Below are positions 1 through 12,556 of a stretch of DNA of 64,000 nt, in pieces; within the stretch, counting starts at the first letter, position 1; every line of letters starts with the position of its first letter. The stretch is taken from the NCBI GenBank assembly GCA_001643675.2, contig LSRY02000060.1:248001-312000 (forward strand). Direction: 5' to 3'. This DNA comes from Monocercomonoides exilis PA203 (lineage: Eukaryota > Protista > Preaxostyla). Position numbers and translations under genes: made by a program. A model generated the notes under the pieces. It worked only from the letters and a program-made list of their open reading frames with translations. It did no database searches and was not told the DNA's origin.

Positions 1-93
1 ATTTTTTATTTTAAACAGGCTTGTGTAAAGCTAAAAGCATGGCAAAAAAGAAAAATGTCTGGATTAAGAAAAAATGTTTAGATAAAATTATAG

Positions 94-97
<4 letters not shown>

Positions 98-148
<51 letters not shown>
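98..148. repeat. (TA)n microsatellite
   Basis: Uninterrupted TA dinucleotide run. Confidence 0.95.
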
Positions 149-154
<6 letters not shown>

Positions 155-401
155 ACAAAATAAAGCGCCTGCGACATAATAAATTGGAGAACAATTAGTC
201 GGTTGAGCAGACAATCTTATATCGAAAAGTTATTTGAAGTTAAAAATCACATTATTTTGAATAAAATAGCATTTTTCCCATTTTTTACTAATATTTCCAT
301 GTTAAATTTTCTGATCATTGTTTTTTAATATTAAAACAAAAATTGATTAGCTAAGTGAAAAAATAAATTTGTGATATTAACGAATGAATGCTAAATTATA
401 T

Positions 402-1900
402 GTGTGTGATTTTTTATGAGATCATAAAATCGTTGCATCGTTGATCTTTCATGAGTAATTTTTATGTTGTTTTAAAATTTCATAAAAAAATATATTTTAA
501 AATCTGAAGAGAGATCGTTGAAAAACTTGAAAACATTCAATCGATCGATGACATTAAAAAAAAAATTGTGATTGAAAAAATATGATGGTATGTTTGTCAG
601 CTCAATTATCTTTTTTCCTTGAAAGTTTATGTGTCGGATAAGAAAAAAGAAAATGAACATTTTCTGAGGGATAGTGGTTATTATTTTTCACCGTAACATT
701 GTCAGAGACAGCGAGGAGGTGGTAGTGGAATTGTGCGAGATGATTTTTTTTGTAAAGCACCTTGAAAGGAAATGAAACAATTTGGTTGTTAAAAGAAAAA
801 ATTTCAATGTTTGTATTTTTAATCTTTCTTGATAGGCCTGGTTGACGGATTGAAAAATTGATGGATACGTCAGTCAGTGGAATATTTTCACGTCATTTGG
901 CTTTTTTTCTCTCTTGATATTTGAGGCAATAAACACAAATTTTATAGAATAAAAATGTGTGGCTTCTTTCAATAATGATTAGTAATGAATATCATTTTTC
1001 CATTTAAGAAAAAACACTTAACCATAATTCTTATTACGCTCAATATGAGAAAAATAATTTTGCAATTTCACGCTTGCAGTATATGAACGCTGATTGATTT
1101 GCATATTATTGTATTTGCCTATTATCTATAAATGTTTTTCTTTTTGTGAATCCAGTGGAAATTTTCGAAAATAAACAAAAAGTGGAATATCTTATTATCC
1201 TTGATGAATATCGAGTTTATTCTACAAATTCATAAAGAAAGTTCACAGGATGAAGAAACTTGGAAGTGAAAACTGAGAATCAGATGATGAAACACTTGAT
1301 AATTGAAGGCATATTGAATTTTTTAATAAATAAAAAAAGCATTGACTAGGGAATAAAAAACAGAAAACTGCAAAAAAAATCCATTGAAGGCTTGCTGTCG
1401 TTATTTTTTTGGAGTGATTATTATTTTTCTTTCAGGATGCTGAAAGAGAGAAGGAATGGATGGCTTTGAAGAAGAAAAGCAAGGAAGGAATAAAAAGACG
1501 GACACATGAAATGAAAGATATTTCGAAGATACATTGAATTGGGCCTTGACGAAGAATTAGTTTTTGAGGAAAGATGTTTTTTTTGTGAAAGAGGGATAGC
1601 GAATATGGAAGAGACGGAATGAAAAAGTAATTTGCATCGCTTTCCAATTTTTTGCTGGCGAGGTGGATGATAGAGCTGAATGTTTGATGGATTTGGAGGA
1701 TATTATTTGCCAGAAGAAAAAGGGACAGAAGAAAAGAATTTCAATGTATTTCTCCGTTGATGTAAATTGACTCTCATCTTCTCAATCTTCAACAAATAAT
1801 AATCTCATTCAACACATTCATCATCATCATTGCCTTCTGGATCTTCTTTAAATATATCATCAACATTTCACATAACTTCTTCTTCTTCTTCTTTATCATC
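402..1900 (+). mobile_element. Degenerate left part of a possible third GGG..CCC-family element (right end not identified)
   Basis: gtgtgattttttatgagatcataaaa at ~404 resembles the TIR GGGTGATTTTTTATGATATCATAAAA. 1200-1300 and 1440-1840 are diverged homologues of ~35140-35210 and ~35510-35900. Confidence 0.4.
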
Positions 1901-2472
1901 ATCATCTTCTTCATCTTTTGTTAATTTGTTATGTCTGTTTTCAATTGAGTTAAAGAATTATCTCCGGAATAAATTGAACGGGCACTAACGATAGAATTTT
2001 TTTTGGTGATTTTTTTCTGAATTATTTGAGGAAGAAGAAGAAGAAGAAGAAGGAAGAGGAGAACAAGAAAAAGAAGAAGAACATGAAGTTGGTTGAGAGC
2101 TAGCCACCAACTGCGGAATGTGCTAAACAGAGCGAGAAAAAGAGAAATGCTACCAGGGAGAATCAAACGAGACAGGAGGAACTTCGTCCATGCCACATGA
2201 CTCAGAAAACCGCTTTGTATCTCTTTCAACTACCTTCTGCGTTCTGCAGCTTGTTATTTTAACATGGAACAATGAATGACTTTTATGCTTATGTGAGTGT
2301 CTGCCTCATTGTTACTTGCACAATCTTCACAATCCTTTCAAATGGCAAATGAATGTTCGACCTCTTCTTCTCCTTCTCATTCTCTCTCTGCATCGTCCAT
2401 CCCAGCTTCCACTTCTCCGCTTCAATTTCAATTATTCATTTTCTCTCTCAGTTGAATGTGCTCAAACGGATC

Positions 2473-3146
2473 AGTAGTATATATTATGCGAGTGATTAAA
2501 CCCACGTTTAAAAATGTGGCACAAATCACTCACATTATGGCTCCAAATTTCATCTCATTAGAAAATTTAAAAATTTCAACTTAAATTAATCATAAATATT
2601 TGAAAAATGAGGTATTTTTTCACATACTTTAGTGTGATCAAAATATTAACTGTTTAAATTATTTCAGTTCATTTAATTTCTATCTAAAATAAAAGCAAAT
2701 TTGAAACACGCATATTTATATTAAACTTTCATAACTTAAGGGTAATACCATGGCCTTTCATAATTAAGGTCAAGGGTTCAATACCCGTTAGAGGCGACAA
2801 ATTTTCAAACATTTGTCAAATCAAATAAATCATGCCTCTTTGCGATATATGAGACAGAGTTGCTCATAGCTGCGCTGCAGTCAAATTCGCAGTGAATTTA
2901 GAACTCAAAATCAAAATCTAATTCACAATAATAAATGAAAAGTGCTTAATGAAAAGCGCTCAATGACAATCAAAATTAAACAAAAAAATAATTTAATCAA
3001 TCAATAATAATAATTATTGAAATCAAATCAATCACAAAGAAAATCCCAACTATTGAAAAATATCCAAAACTTTCAGTTCTACTAAAAAATTAAATAGGAC
3101 CCTTTTTCGTATTTATTTTTTAAATTTGAAATTTTTTAATTTCTAT
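2473..3146 (+). repeat. Polinton left terminal inverted repeat
   Basis: Reverse complement of 59142-59815. Appears identical over ~2487-3038, with mismatches in the outer ~14 bp and inner ~110 bp. Confidence 0.95.
2725..2796 (+). other. Degenerate tRNA-like sequence (CAT in the anticodon-like loop) in the left TIR
   Basis: 72 nt. A-box-like TAACTTAAGGGTAA, hairpin GGCCTT-TCATAATT-AAGGTC, T-arm AAGGG-TTCAATA-CCCGT, 3' acceptor strand TAGAGGC-G. The 5' acceptor strand ACTTTCA pairs only partly. Confidence 0.5.
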
Positions 3147-3159
3147 AAAATTAGGAATT

Positions 3160-4505
3160 ATGAGCAAACAAAATTTAAAAAATAAGAAATTGAAGCCGTC
3201 AGAAATACTTGCGAAAACATTATTTCGAATTAACGTTATTCCTGCTTTTGGAAGAGGATCTTATCAAAAAAATAAGAAACTATTGAAAGATTATGGAAAA
3301 CAACAGATTCAAGAACAAGAGTTTTTAAATGCAATAGACGAAAATATATATAAGTATGTACAACTCTCTAAAACACATGACGAACGAAAAGAATTGAGAA
3401 AACAGAAACTTTATTCTATTATTGAAGCTGCAAACACTTTCAAATTGAGACGTGAAAGAGCAAAAGAGCTTGATGATCAAATAGCAGTTCTCAAAAAAGA
3501 AAAAGCAAAATTATTAAATGATATTCCAGTATTAGCAGAAAAAATGGGACAAAATATTTTACTTCAGGCATTTTTATTGAAAAGTTATGCATTTTTCATT
3601 GACTATTTTATATCAAAAAACACAATAAAAATTGGTCTATTTTTTGACATTCGTAAAATGCAATAATACTTAATGGTTTGATTCCAACTGTGCCAGTTTC
3701 CGGATTTGAAAATCAAATTTATTATGAAATCTGATAAAGTTTAAAAATGTTATAAGGGAAACAATTTTTTTTATTTTTTGTGCATAAAAAGCTTGAAAGT
3801 CCGTATTTTCCCCCAAATGATGAGATATCATCAGATTAATAAAAAAATACATATGGAGGTGAATTCGTTAGTACTGGAGATGAGCAAGCTCGTGAAGCTT
3901 GTAAGGACTTTAAAGAATTCTAGGAAATGAACACAGAAACTGAACAAGCTAAATTATTGGATGAGCAGTTACATGAGCTCAGAACAAATAATAAAATTGA
4001 TTTCGAAATGTTGAATAACGAAACACATGCTAAACTGTTTCCTGAATTGAAAAAATATCTTGAATCACTTGTTGATACAATTACGAAAGAAGATAAATAT
4101 GTGTTCACATTTAAAATTGGGAACAAGTGGAAATCCAAAAAACTGACTCCTGAATTGTATAAACAGTTACTGTCAAATTTTACTGAAAAGAATTTTATGA
4201 TAGACTTGTATGATGATAATCAGAATATCAATTTTTCTGATCCTGAAGAGAGTGAAATTCCTTCTTGGAGCTTATATTCTGCTATCCACATTATGAAGCT
4301 TGAAGATTTCATAAAACTTCATCCTTCATCTTAAATTGATAAACAGATTTATAAAGATAAAGGAGTACACTTCTTCGATTATGTGACTGTTGAATCAGTC
4401 AAAAAGCCTGTGATTGATTATCTTATCAGACTTCAAATTTTTGAAAAATTGACAGATAATAATTATAAAACTCGAAAAGAATTATTTGATTGCTGCTGTG
4501 TATAT
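3160..4505 (+). pseudogene. N-terminal part of protein-primed DNA polymerase B (putative terminal-protein region), interrupted by a MITE and stops
   Basis: ORFs 3160.. and 3927..4334. The latter frame continues past a TAA to ...YLIRLQIFEK...LFDCCCVY right up to the insertion at 4506. First gene after the TIR and same strand as the polB core. Confidence 0.65.
3546..3814 (+). mobile_element. 269-bp MITE, GGG..CCC ends, 4-bp AAAT TSD
   Basis: Ends GGGACAAAATA / TATTTTCCCCC. AAAT at 3542-3545 and 3815-3818. Diverged reverse-complement copy at 43309-43576. Confidence 0.85.
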
Positions 4506-7500
4506 GGGTGATTTTTTTTGATATCATAAAAAATTCCGAGGTTTGATCAAAAATTTATTTCATTAAGGGTTGGTTAAAAAAAGAAAAATGAAAGAGGAAA
4601 TCATACAAAAATATTGCTTTGTATATAGTTGTTGTTATTTATAAATTAATTTTTATTTGTTTCTAATTGTTTTTGCTTCAAAATTTGAAGAAAATTCATT
4701 AAACATATCCAGAAAGTTACAAAACTCTGATAAACAGAATAAAACTATTAATTAACCGCAAATAAAATATGAATGCAACAATTTAGATAAAGTATTCAAT
4801 AAATTTCTTTTGAAAAATTTGTAGAAAAGTGTTATTGAAAATGAAAAAAGAATTGATTGGTTGAAATCAACAAATAATAGAAAAAATCAATAAATTTTTG
4901 ACAATAAATTATTTTCATGGTTGACTCACCCACGTTCGCTTCTCTTTCAACTGTTTCGTTATCTTTCTCTTCCGAATAATGTAAAATTTATGTAATTTAC
5001 TCAATTCCACCCTCATCATCAAAAAACTTCTTATTCCAAAAATATCATCTCCAATTCACTTCCAAATCCCTTCATCCTGGGCACTTTCCATATGAATTTG
5101 CTGGCTCAACTCCATGGTCACCCTGTACAACGAAATATAAACATTTCATTCATTTTCATTCTTTTCCACCTCCTGCCCTGAAAACAACACAAAAACAGTC
5201 AACAGATAAATATTCATATAAAGAAAATAAATAAAGACCAAACAGCTCCTCTCCTGTTTTTTGCTAAACACACTCATCTCCACAGCTATCATCATTCAAA
5301 AAATCAATCTCATCATTTCAGTCTCAACATGGTTGAATACAGCTTGGAATGCATCTCCACAAAATACATTGTACATCTCACTGGAGGGTCATTTCAGCCC
5401 GTACACATTGTGGTGGGTGTCCAGAGGTGTTTTTTCTTTTCGGCTAAGATCATCTCCTTTAATAATATTCTCAACCATCCAAAACAGTATTTGATGCTTA
5501 TCTCATCAACACCAGGCACATGAGGGATGTGGGGCAGAGAAGAGATGGAAGAGGAATATTTGTGCAGAGGGTGGGAGTTGAGTGCTTTTGAGAATGCTAA
5601 TGTTTCGAGAGGGGTTTTTGATTGATTGAGATTTGGGGACAAAAAGGTGGGGAAGAGCAAGTGGAAATTCGGAGAAGAAAATGCAGCAAAAATATAGAGA
5701 AGTAGTTGGAGATGATGAAGAAGGTGATTATTGTTGATGGGAGAAATGGAATTTGAAAAGAAAGAAAAGAGGGCAAAAGCGGGAAAGAAGAAGAATATTC
5801 TGAAGTGTTCATTTGAAAAGGGGGTAACTTTTATGAGAGGAGAAGATATTTTGGAAGAGACGGGGAAAGATGAAGAAAAGGAGGGGATTGATATTTTCTG
5901 ATGATTTTGGGGGTTGAATGGAAGAGGGGAATGGAAAGGAATGGAAATTAAGAAAAATCAACATTTTCTATTTTTCAGGGGAAAGGAAAGGAAGTCACAG
6001 AAAGAAAGTGAATTGACTTTGGAAGTGTACAGCAAGATTGATTTCCACAATCTGTTTATCACAAATATTGTGATTGAGTTTTTCAAACCAATCTGAAGTT
6101 TATACGGCAAGTGAGACGTTTGGGCCAATCAACAATTTCATACAAATTATTCTCAACATCATAAATATCGTTCGACTGATTCCGCATTTCTCAACTGCAT
6201 CTTTTTCTTCGTCTTCTTCTTCGTCGTCGTCTTCTGATAATCCTTCTTCATTCGATCAATTACCTTCCTCATTTTTCGGTTTGCAAACACAAAATTCGCC
6301 TTCTCACAATCGCTTGCTTATTCAGCGACAAGCACACCTGTTATGAATCGCATTACCAAAAACACACAAAATCTTCTTCAGTCAAACATTGCTTCTTCTT
6401 CTTCTTCTTCTTCCTATCCTCCTCCTTTTTCTTTAAACTCTTCATCGTCATCACTGTCGATGTGTTCTATTGGATTTCAGGTTGTGCATTTGAACGGATT
6501 TCCTATTCAACAGCGGTCCATCTTACTCTGCAAAAGGAGCTCGTTCTTCTTCAGTACACAAGCTCCAGTGAATGAGGTAAACGGAAATGAGAAGAGAAAT
6601 GGGGGTAGGAAGGGGAAGGGGCTTCCAGCACATCGCAATAATCCACTCACTTTATGACATCGCCAAGGAGCCAAGAGCGAGGAGTGCGCTATCAAATGAA
6701 AGAGGCAAAGAGAGCGGAGAACAGTGGCAAATTGAGTTCCGAGCAGAGGAAAGGAAGAAAGCAGGAAGAGCTAAAGGCGAAGACGAAGAAGAAGAAGAAA
6801 GACGAGTTTTGAACATCGCAAATTGACGCTTTCGACACATGGCTTGCACATGCAGCAACAGAAAGGAAGAGGAGGGACAGGGGAAGAGAAGAAGGAGGTT
6901 ATGAAAATGATGATGAACAGCAGCAGACATTTTACTCGTTTGACAGCACACTCTCATCTGCCCAGGTGCACACTCAACACATCAAAGCCTCCTCAACATT
7001 TGCTACTCCTCCTTTTTCTCACTTGCCACACACACAATTGTCTGTCACTTCTGTTCTTGTTGGAACTCCGCCGAAGCCTCTCACTCAGTCATCTCCTGCC
7101 ACAGACTCTTCTTCACTCACACAGAAGTCCTTCGACATATCCAGCCCAAGCACTACCCCTTTATCGAACATGTCTTCTTCCTCTCCTTTTCCTCTTCTTT
7201 TCCTCCTTCTCCTTCTTTCCATTCATTTCCCCGTTCTCTTTCACAAACTCATTCTTCCTCTCACTCTTCCTCTCCTTCTCCTTCTTTCTCTCTCTCTTCT
7301 TCTCTTCAATCTTCTTCTCTTCAATCTTCTTCTCCTCCATCTTCTTCTTCATATTCAAAGGCTGGTTATTCATAGATCACACAGCCGTCAACCATCAAAC
7401 AATTTTCTCATTAATCCTCATTGAAAACACATTCATTTCAACAGACATTCTCTTTTTTTGCAGAAAACAAAGAAACAAATTGAAATAAAAAAAGAAAAAG

Positions 7501-8955
7501 AAGGAGAAGAAAGAGAAGAAAGAGAAGAAAGAGAAGAAAGTGAAGAAAGAGAAGAAAGAGAAAAAAGTGAAAAAAGTGAAAAAAGAAGAAGAAGAATTAC
7601 AAGAACAAAAAAAATTAATTTGCGAAAAATCAGAGAATTTAACTTTTTCTTTTAAGAAACATCACTCAATCTCTTCCACAGAATTGGATGTTTTGTCTGA
7701 TGCGAGCACAGCTGTATCTGCTTGTTCTATCACACACACCAACTCCCCAGCCACAATAGCAGCCAATTATCATTCGTCTTCTCATTCGTCTTCTTCTTCA
7801 ACTACTGCTTCTGTTTCTGAGTCATTTTCTGAATGGGCTATTGATTCGGTCTTGTCCAGTGCTTGCTTGAACCCTTCTGTTAACTACATTCTCCTCTCTT
7901 CTTGATATATTGCATTATCTCAAGATATTTCTGCTGCTATTGTTTCTTCCTCTTCCTCATCTTCTTCTTCTTCCTTCGGTCACCTCTTCAATCACGCAGA
8001 ACTGGATGATCTTCACGTCAAGGAAAGCGTTCACCTTCAGATGTTTGCTGGTTTCTGTGTGCCAAATTTACGCTGCTCATGGAACTGTTGGAACTGTTAA
8101 AGGAGTTGAAAGAGAAGGGGTTTGTGAGAGAGATGATATGGAATATAGTGAGGTTATTAAAAGTGAGACTGGTGATGAATGTGTGGTTGAGGAAGAGGGA
8201 GCTTGCTGAGAAGAGAAGAAAATAAAGAAAATGAACGAAGCAAATTCGCCGAAAAAAAATAAACAAGTTCTTTTTTCGTTAAAGAAGTGATTAAGAAGTG
8301 TTATGAAACTTTTATTAGGAAAACAATATATATAAAAGAAAACAACAAATGTAACACTTTCAAATGGGGGATATAAATGAAGTGGAGCAGAAAAGCAAGA
8401 AAGATGGGCAGCAGATGGAGAAGAAAGTAGAAATTTGTTCAAAAAAATAAAAAGGAGAGAAAAGTGAGATTGACTCTATTGTGATCATCCATCATTGTTT
8501 CGCCTCCATTCCTTTCGTTGTTATAATAAGTCGTTGAACTGCTCAACTGCAGCAAGAAATTGGTGATGAAGTTTTGCCTCAACGAAAACAAAACTCAATG
8601 CATGTTATTTGAAGAAATTTTATTTTGAACATTAAAATCCATCAACATTGTTCAATAAATATTAATTTTCTTTATAAGTTTTGTTTTGCAAGTAATGAAA
8701 CATCTTATTTTCTTTCCAAAGTTTGAATTTTCTATTTTGATTTTTTTTTTGAAACTTGATCATAAAAATTCTTTTTCATCAAAAACATTAAAAAGGTATG
8801 ATTTTTTATATAAATTAATAAAACAAATATATATGACAGAAATAAAAGTTATAAACTTGCAAAAAATCAAATTAACTCTTTGATCAATAAATACCACTAT
8901 AGATTTAATTTTTTCTGTTTTTGATCTTTTTTTATGATGTCAAAAAAAATCACCC
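4506..8955 (+). mobile_element. 4.45-kb non-autonomous TIR element (GGGTG..CACCC, ATAT TSD) with low-complexity cargo
   Basis: ~28-bp TIR GGGTGATTTTTTTTGATATCATAAAAAA / TTTTTTATGATGTCAAAAAAAATCACCC. ATAT at 4502-4505 and 8956-8959. Both subterminal ~250 bp are homologous to the ends of 21978-40064. No transposase recognised. Confidence 0.9.
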
Positions 8956-11261
8956 ATATGAACACACTAGATGAAACAGAATATAATGTATTTTATGAAG
9001 AATCGCATAAATGCAGAGCAAAAAGAAAGAGAACAAAAGAAGCACTGACATCAAGGAATTTGGTAAAGAAGATGTTTGCAAAACAGCTTTTCAGACCAAT
9101 AACTTATAGTGAATATCTAAAGATAAGCGATATCACCAAGCCTAGTGTCAAACAGATTAACGATTTGCATTATAATCCAAAATACTGCTTGAAATCGTTT
9201 GAGCAAATTGCAAAAGAAAAAGAATTTAATACGATGCGTTATGAAAGCGAAACTATTTCGGACTATTATTATGCAGATTTCGAAGCAGATACTACAGGAA
9301 TTCAAAGAGCTTTTTACTGGTGTATAACAAACGAAAATGAAACAAAACACTTCAAAGGAGAAGATTGTGCAATTGAACTATTGAACTGTATTCCTGACAA
9401 CTCTTGTGTATATTTTCATAATCTGAAATATGATTTCTGTATGATAGCTAAACATGTGGATGAACTTTCAAATCAAATCGCGAAAGACAACAGATTAATG
9501 AGAATCACAGTGAAATATAATAAGAAAACCATTGTATTTAAAGATTCATTTTCGATTATTCCAAGTGCATTAAAGCAATTCCCAAAGATGTTCAATTTAA
9601 AAAATACCCAAAAAGAATTGTTTCCATTTAATTATTACACATTAGAGAGACTTCAAAATAATACAGGAATTATTAGTGAAGCAGGAGAGCATGAAGCCAA
9701 AAAGTGGAACACCGAAGATTATGAGCTTTTTAATAAAAATATTGACACTATTCCCGGATGCAGGTTAAGTGACAACACATTCGATATGTAAAAATATTGT
9801 GGATTCTATTGTGAACAAGATTCAAAAATATTAAGAAAAGGATTTCTCAAATTTCGAGAAGGATTCATGAATGATTTCGATATTGATATTTACGATTACT
9901 GTTCAATTAGCTCTCATGCAGATGCCACACTGACAAAACAAGTGTATTTGAAGAATAAGAATTTGAATAAACTCGGAGGAATCATCAGAGAGTTCATGCA
10001 GCAAGCTGTTCACGGAGGAAGATGCATGACTGCATGCAATAAAAAATGGCACTCCACATCTCCTATTGAGGATTATGATGCTGTATCTTTATATGCTTCT
10101 GCTATGCACAGAATATATTTGGTTGAAGGAACTCCAAGTGTAATTGAAACAGATGAGCAACGCTCTTATGAGTTTTAACAGAATCAGAGTGCATATGTAG
10201 TTGATATTGTGATTTCAAAAGTGAACAAACACTATCCTTTTCCTTTACTCGTATTTGAAGATGATGAAGGAAATAATTTTCACAACAATGTTATTGATAA
10301 ACCAGAGAGAGCAGCAGTTGATAACATATATTTGGAAGATTTGATAGAGTTTCAGAAAATAGAATTCACAGTAATTAAAGGATATTTTTGGACAGGCAAT
10401 CGTGATTACTCAATCCAAAAAGTCATCGGAGATATATTTGGTAAATGAGCTGCATACAAGAAAGAAAATAATCCTTTAGAAGTTATATATATATTAATCA
10501 TGAATTCTCTTTATGGAAAAACAATTCTGAAGTTTGTTGATTATGAGATAAAATACATTAATGAAAATGATATAGGAAAATATTGGAGCAAAAATAATAA
10601 TCAAATTATTGAGTCATCAAAAATAGCAGATTCAAGAAATAAAACTCATGTAGTTAAAACACAGAAGCAAATAGACACTCATTTTACATTCAATCTAATT
10701 GGGATTCATATCGAAAGCATGTCTAAACGCATAATGAATGAAGTGATGTGTCTTGCACATGATCTCAACTGTCAAATCTATTATCAAGATTCAGACTCTA
10801 TGCACATTAGAATTGATGATCTTCCAAGACTAGAAGAAGCTTTTGAAAAAAAATACAATCGTAATTTGAAAGGAACTCAGCTGGGAAACTTCCACTCTGA
10901 TTTTCCTCTTAATGCATTATATGCAAATGAATCTTATTTCTTAGGAAAAAAGATGTATTTAGATAAACTAGTTCTTCCAGAAAATAAAACATCTTTCATG
11001 TTTCGCATGAAAGGAATAAAGCAGTTAGCTATTGAAGCAAAAGCTAAGGAATCAGATGAATGTGAAGATTCTCTAATGAAATTATTCAAATGCATTTTTA
11101 AGGAAAAACAGTTGAATTTGATCTCACAAATGGATCTCCTTGCTTTGAATTTGAAAAAAGATTTCACTGTTGCATCTCTTGATTCTTTAAAAAGACGCAT
11201 AAAAACATCATTGGAAAAAGGAATATCACAAGCAAGTGCTCAAATAAGAGCACAAATATAG
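8956..11261 (+). pseudogene. Protein-primed family B DNA polymerase (exonuclease + polymerase), inactivated
   Basis: ExoI YADFEAD, ExoII YFHNLKYD, ExoIII YCEQD, motif A DYDAVSLYASAM, motif B LIMNSLYGKT, motif C YYQDSDS (canonical DTDS), KKMY. In-frame stops end at 9791, 10178 and 10448. Confidence 0.95.
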
Positions 11262-11339
11262 AAAAAACGTTTATGAAATTCATATAATAATCAAATATTA
11301 TTTTTATTATAATGAAATAATCAATAATAATAAATACAA

Positions 11340-12467
11340 ATGACATCAAAAAAAACTAATTCACTCATAAAGAGTTTATTAGCTGCATCTGATTCTCTGC
11401 TCACAGAAATAGAAGTGTTCAAGAAAATAAATAAGATTTCAACGAAAACAAGAGTGTTCAAAACATATTATGAAACTCACAAAACAGATCTCATATTTGA
11501 TATCACTATTGAAGAATTATACAATAGATATAGACTGGAGTATTTAAAGAAACATAATCCGAAACATTACAAGAAACAGCAAAGAAATAATTATGAACTC
11601 ATTATAGATGAGCAAACACCTGAGCAAAATAATTTTCTGCAAGACACAGGATATAAATCAAAAAAGAAACAAGAATCACTTTTCTATCAAAAATACAATT
11701 CTCTTCCTGCTGTTCACTCGAAATATCTCAAGAATAGTTTTCCAGAAATAGAAAATAAGCAATACTATTTACATCATGTAGGACAAAAATACACATTTTT
11801 GATAGATCTTATGTTTTCAGATAATTTATGTTATCTTGTTGCAATAGGTCTTAATAATAGATATCTGTTTGTGGAGCCAACTAATTTTTCTTCGAAAGAT
11901 GAATCAAGCAGTGGAAAAGTTACTCATACACAGCGAACAGCTTCTGCTGTAGTTGAAGCTTTAAACAGAATGATAATAAAAGGAATGAAAGTTAGATACT
12001 TGAGAGGAGATAGCGAACGTGCATTCAATAGCACTTTGGCTCACAAATATTTTAAAACTCACAATATTTCTTTTCAATCTCTTGTGAGTACAGGATCTTC
12101 TCACACACAAATGGCTCCACTTGATAGAGTTGTCAGAACTATAAGAGACATGAATTATACATCAAATCCTTATAGTGAGTTTATTAATCCAGTCAGAATG
12201 AAGCAACTGGTGAATTATTATAATAATGCTCCTCATTATAGTCTTTCAAAAATAATGAACTTCGATATTAGTCCTCAGCAAGTGTACGATAATGAAGAAT
12301 TGGAAAATGAGATCATTCGTCGCATACATCAGTTGAATTATAATATTATAAATTCTCTTGATTACAAGCTTCCGATCAATACTATCGTCATCTTGAAAGC
12401 TCATTATGAAAGATTAGACAAGAGAAGGATGAAAATTCTTCCTGAAACGTTTATAGTAATAGGATAA
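11340..12467 (+). CDS. Polinton retroviral-like (rve) integrase, probably prematurely stopped near the C-terminus
   Basis: FLIDLMF (D), YLRGDSERAF (D), PLDRVVRTIRD (third acidic residue), YNNAPH. The frame stays open ~30 codons past the TAA. Directly downstream of pPolB. Confidence 0.9.
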   Translation: MTSKKTNSLIKSLLAASDSLLTEIEVFKKINKISTKTRVFKTYYETHKTDLIFDITIEELYNRYRLEYLKKHNPKHYKKQQRNNYELIIDEQTPEQNNFLQDTGYKSKKKQESLFYQKYNSLPAVHSKYLKNSFPEIENKQYYLHHVGQKYTFLIDLMFSDNLCYLVAIGLNNRYLFVEPTNFSSKDESSSGKVTHTQRTASAVVEALNRMIIKGMKVRYLRGDSERAFNSTLAHKYFKTHNISFQSLVSTGSSHTQMAPLDRVVRTIRDMNYTSNPYSEFINPVRMKQLVNYYNNAPHYSLSKIMNFDISPQQVYDNEELENEIIRRIHQLNYNIINSLDYKLPINTIVILKAHYERLDKRRMKILPETFIVIG

Positions 12468-12556
12468 GACAAAGGAAAAATAAGAGTAAAAAGCAACGTT
12501 GATAATAGAATACCACCAGTCTCAAGATGTGAAGTTGCAAAATTATAACAATTTTT

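Noticed and set aside
2760-2880. Permuted tRNA using GCCTCTT at ~2834 as a downstream 5' half
   Set aside because: No D-arm or A-box follows it, and an upstream degenerate 5' half gives the normal 72-nt spacing.
5200-8450. Many overlapping 60-220 aa ORFs here, and at 24000-27400, 35880-39600 and 59700-60840
   Set aside because: Low-complexity GA/TC-rich sequence with no recognisable domain. Probably decayed cargo, not individually annotatable.
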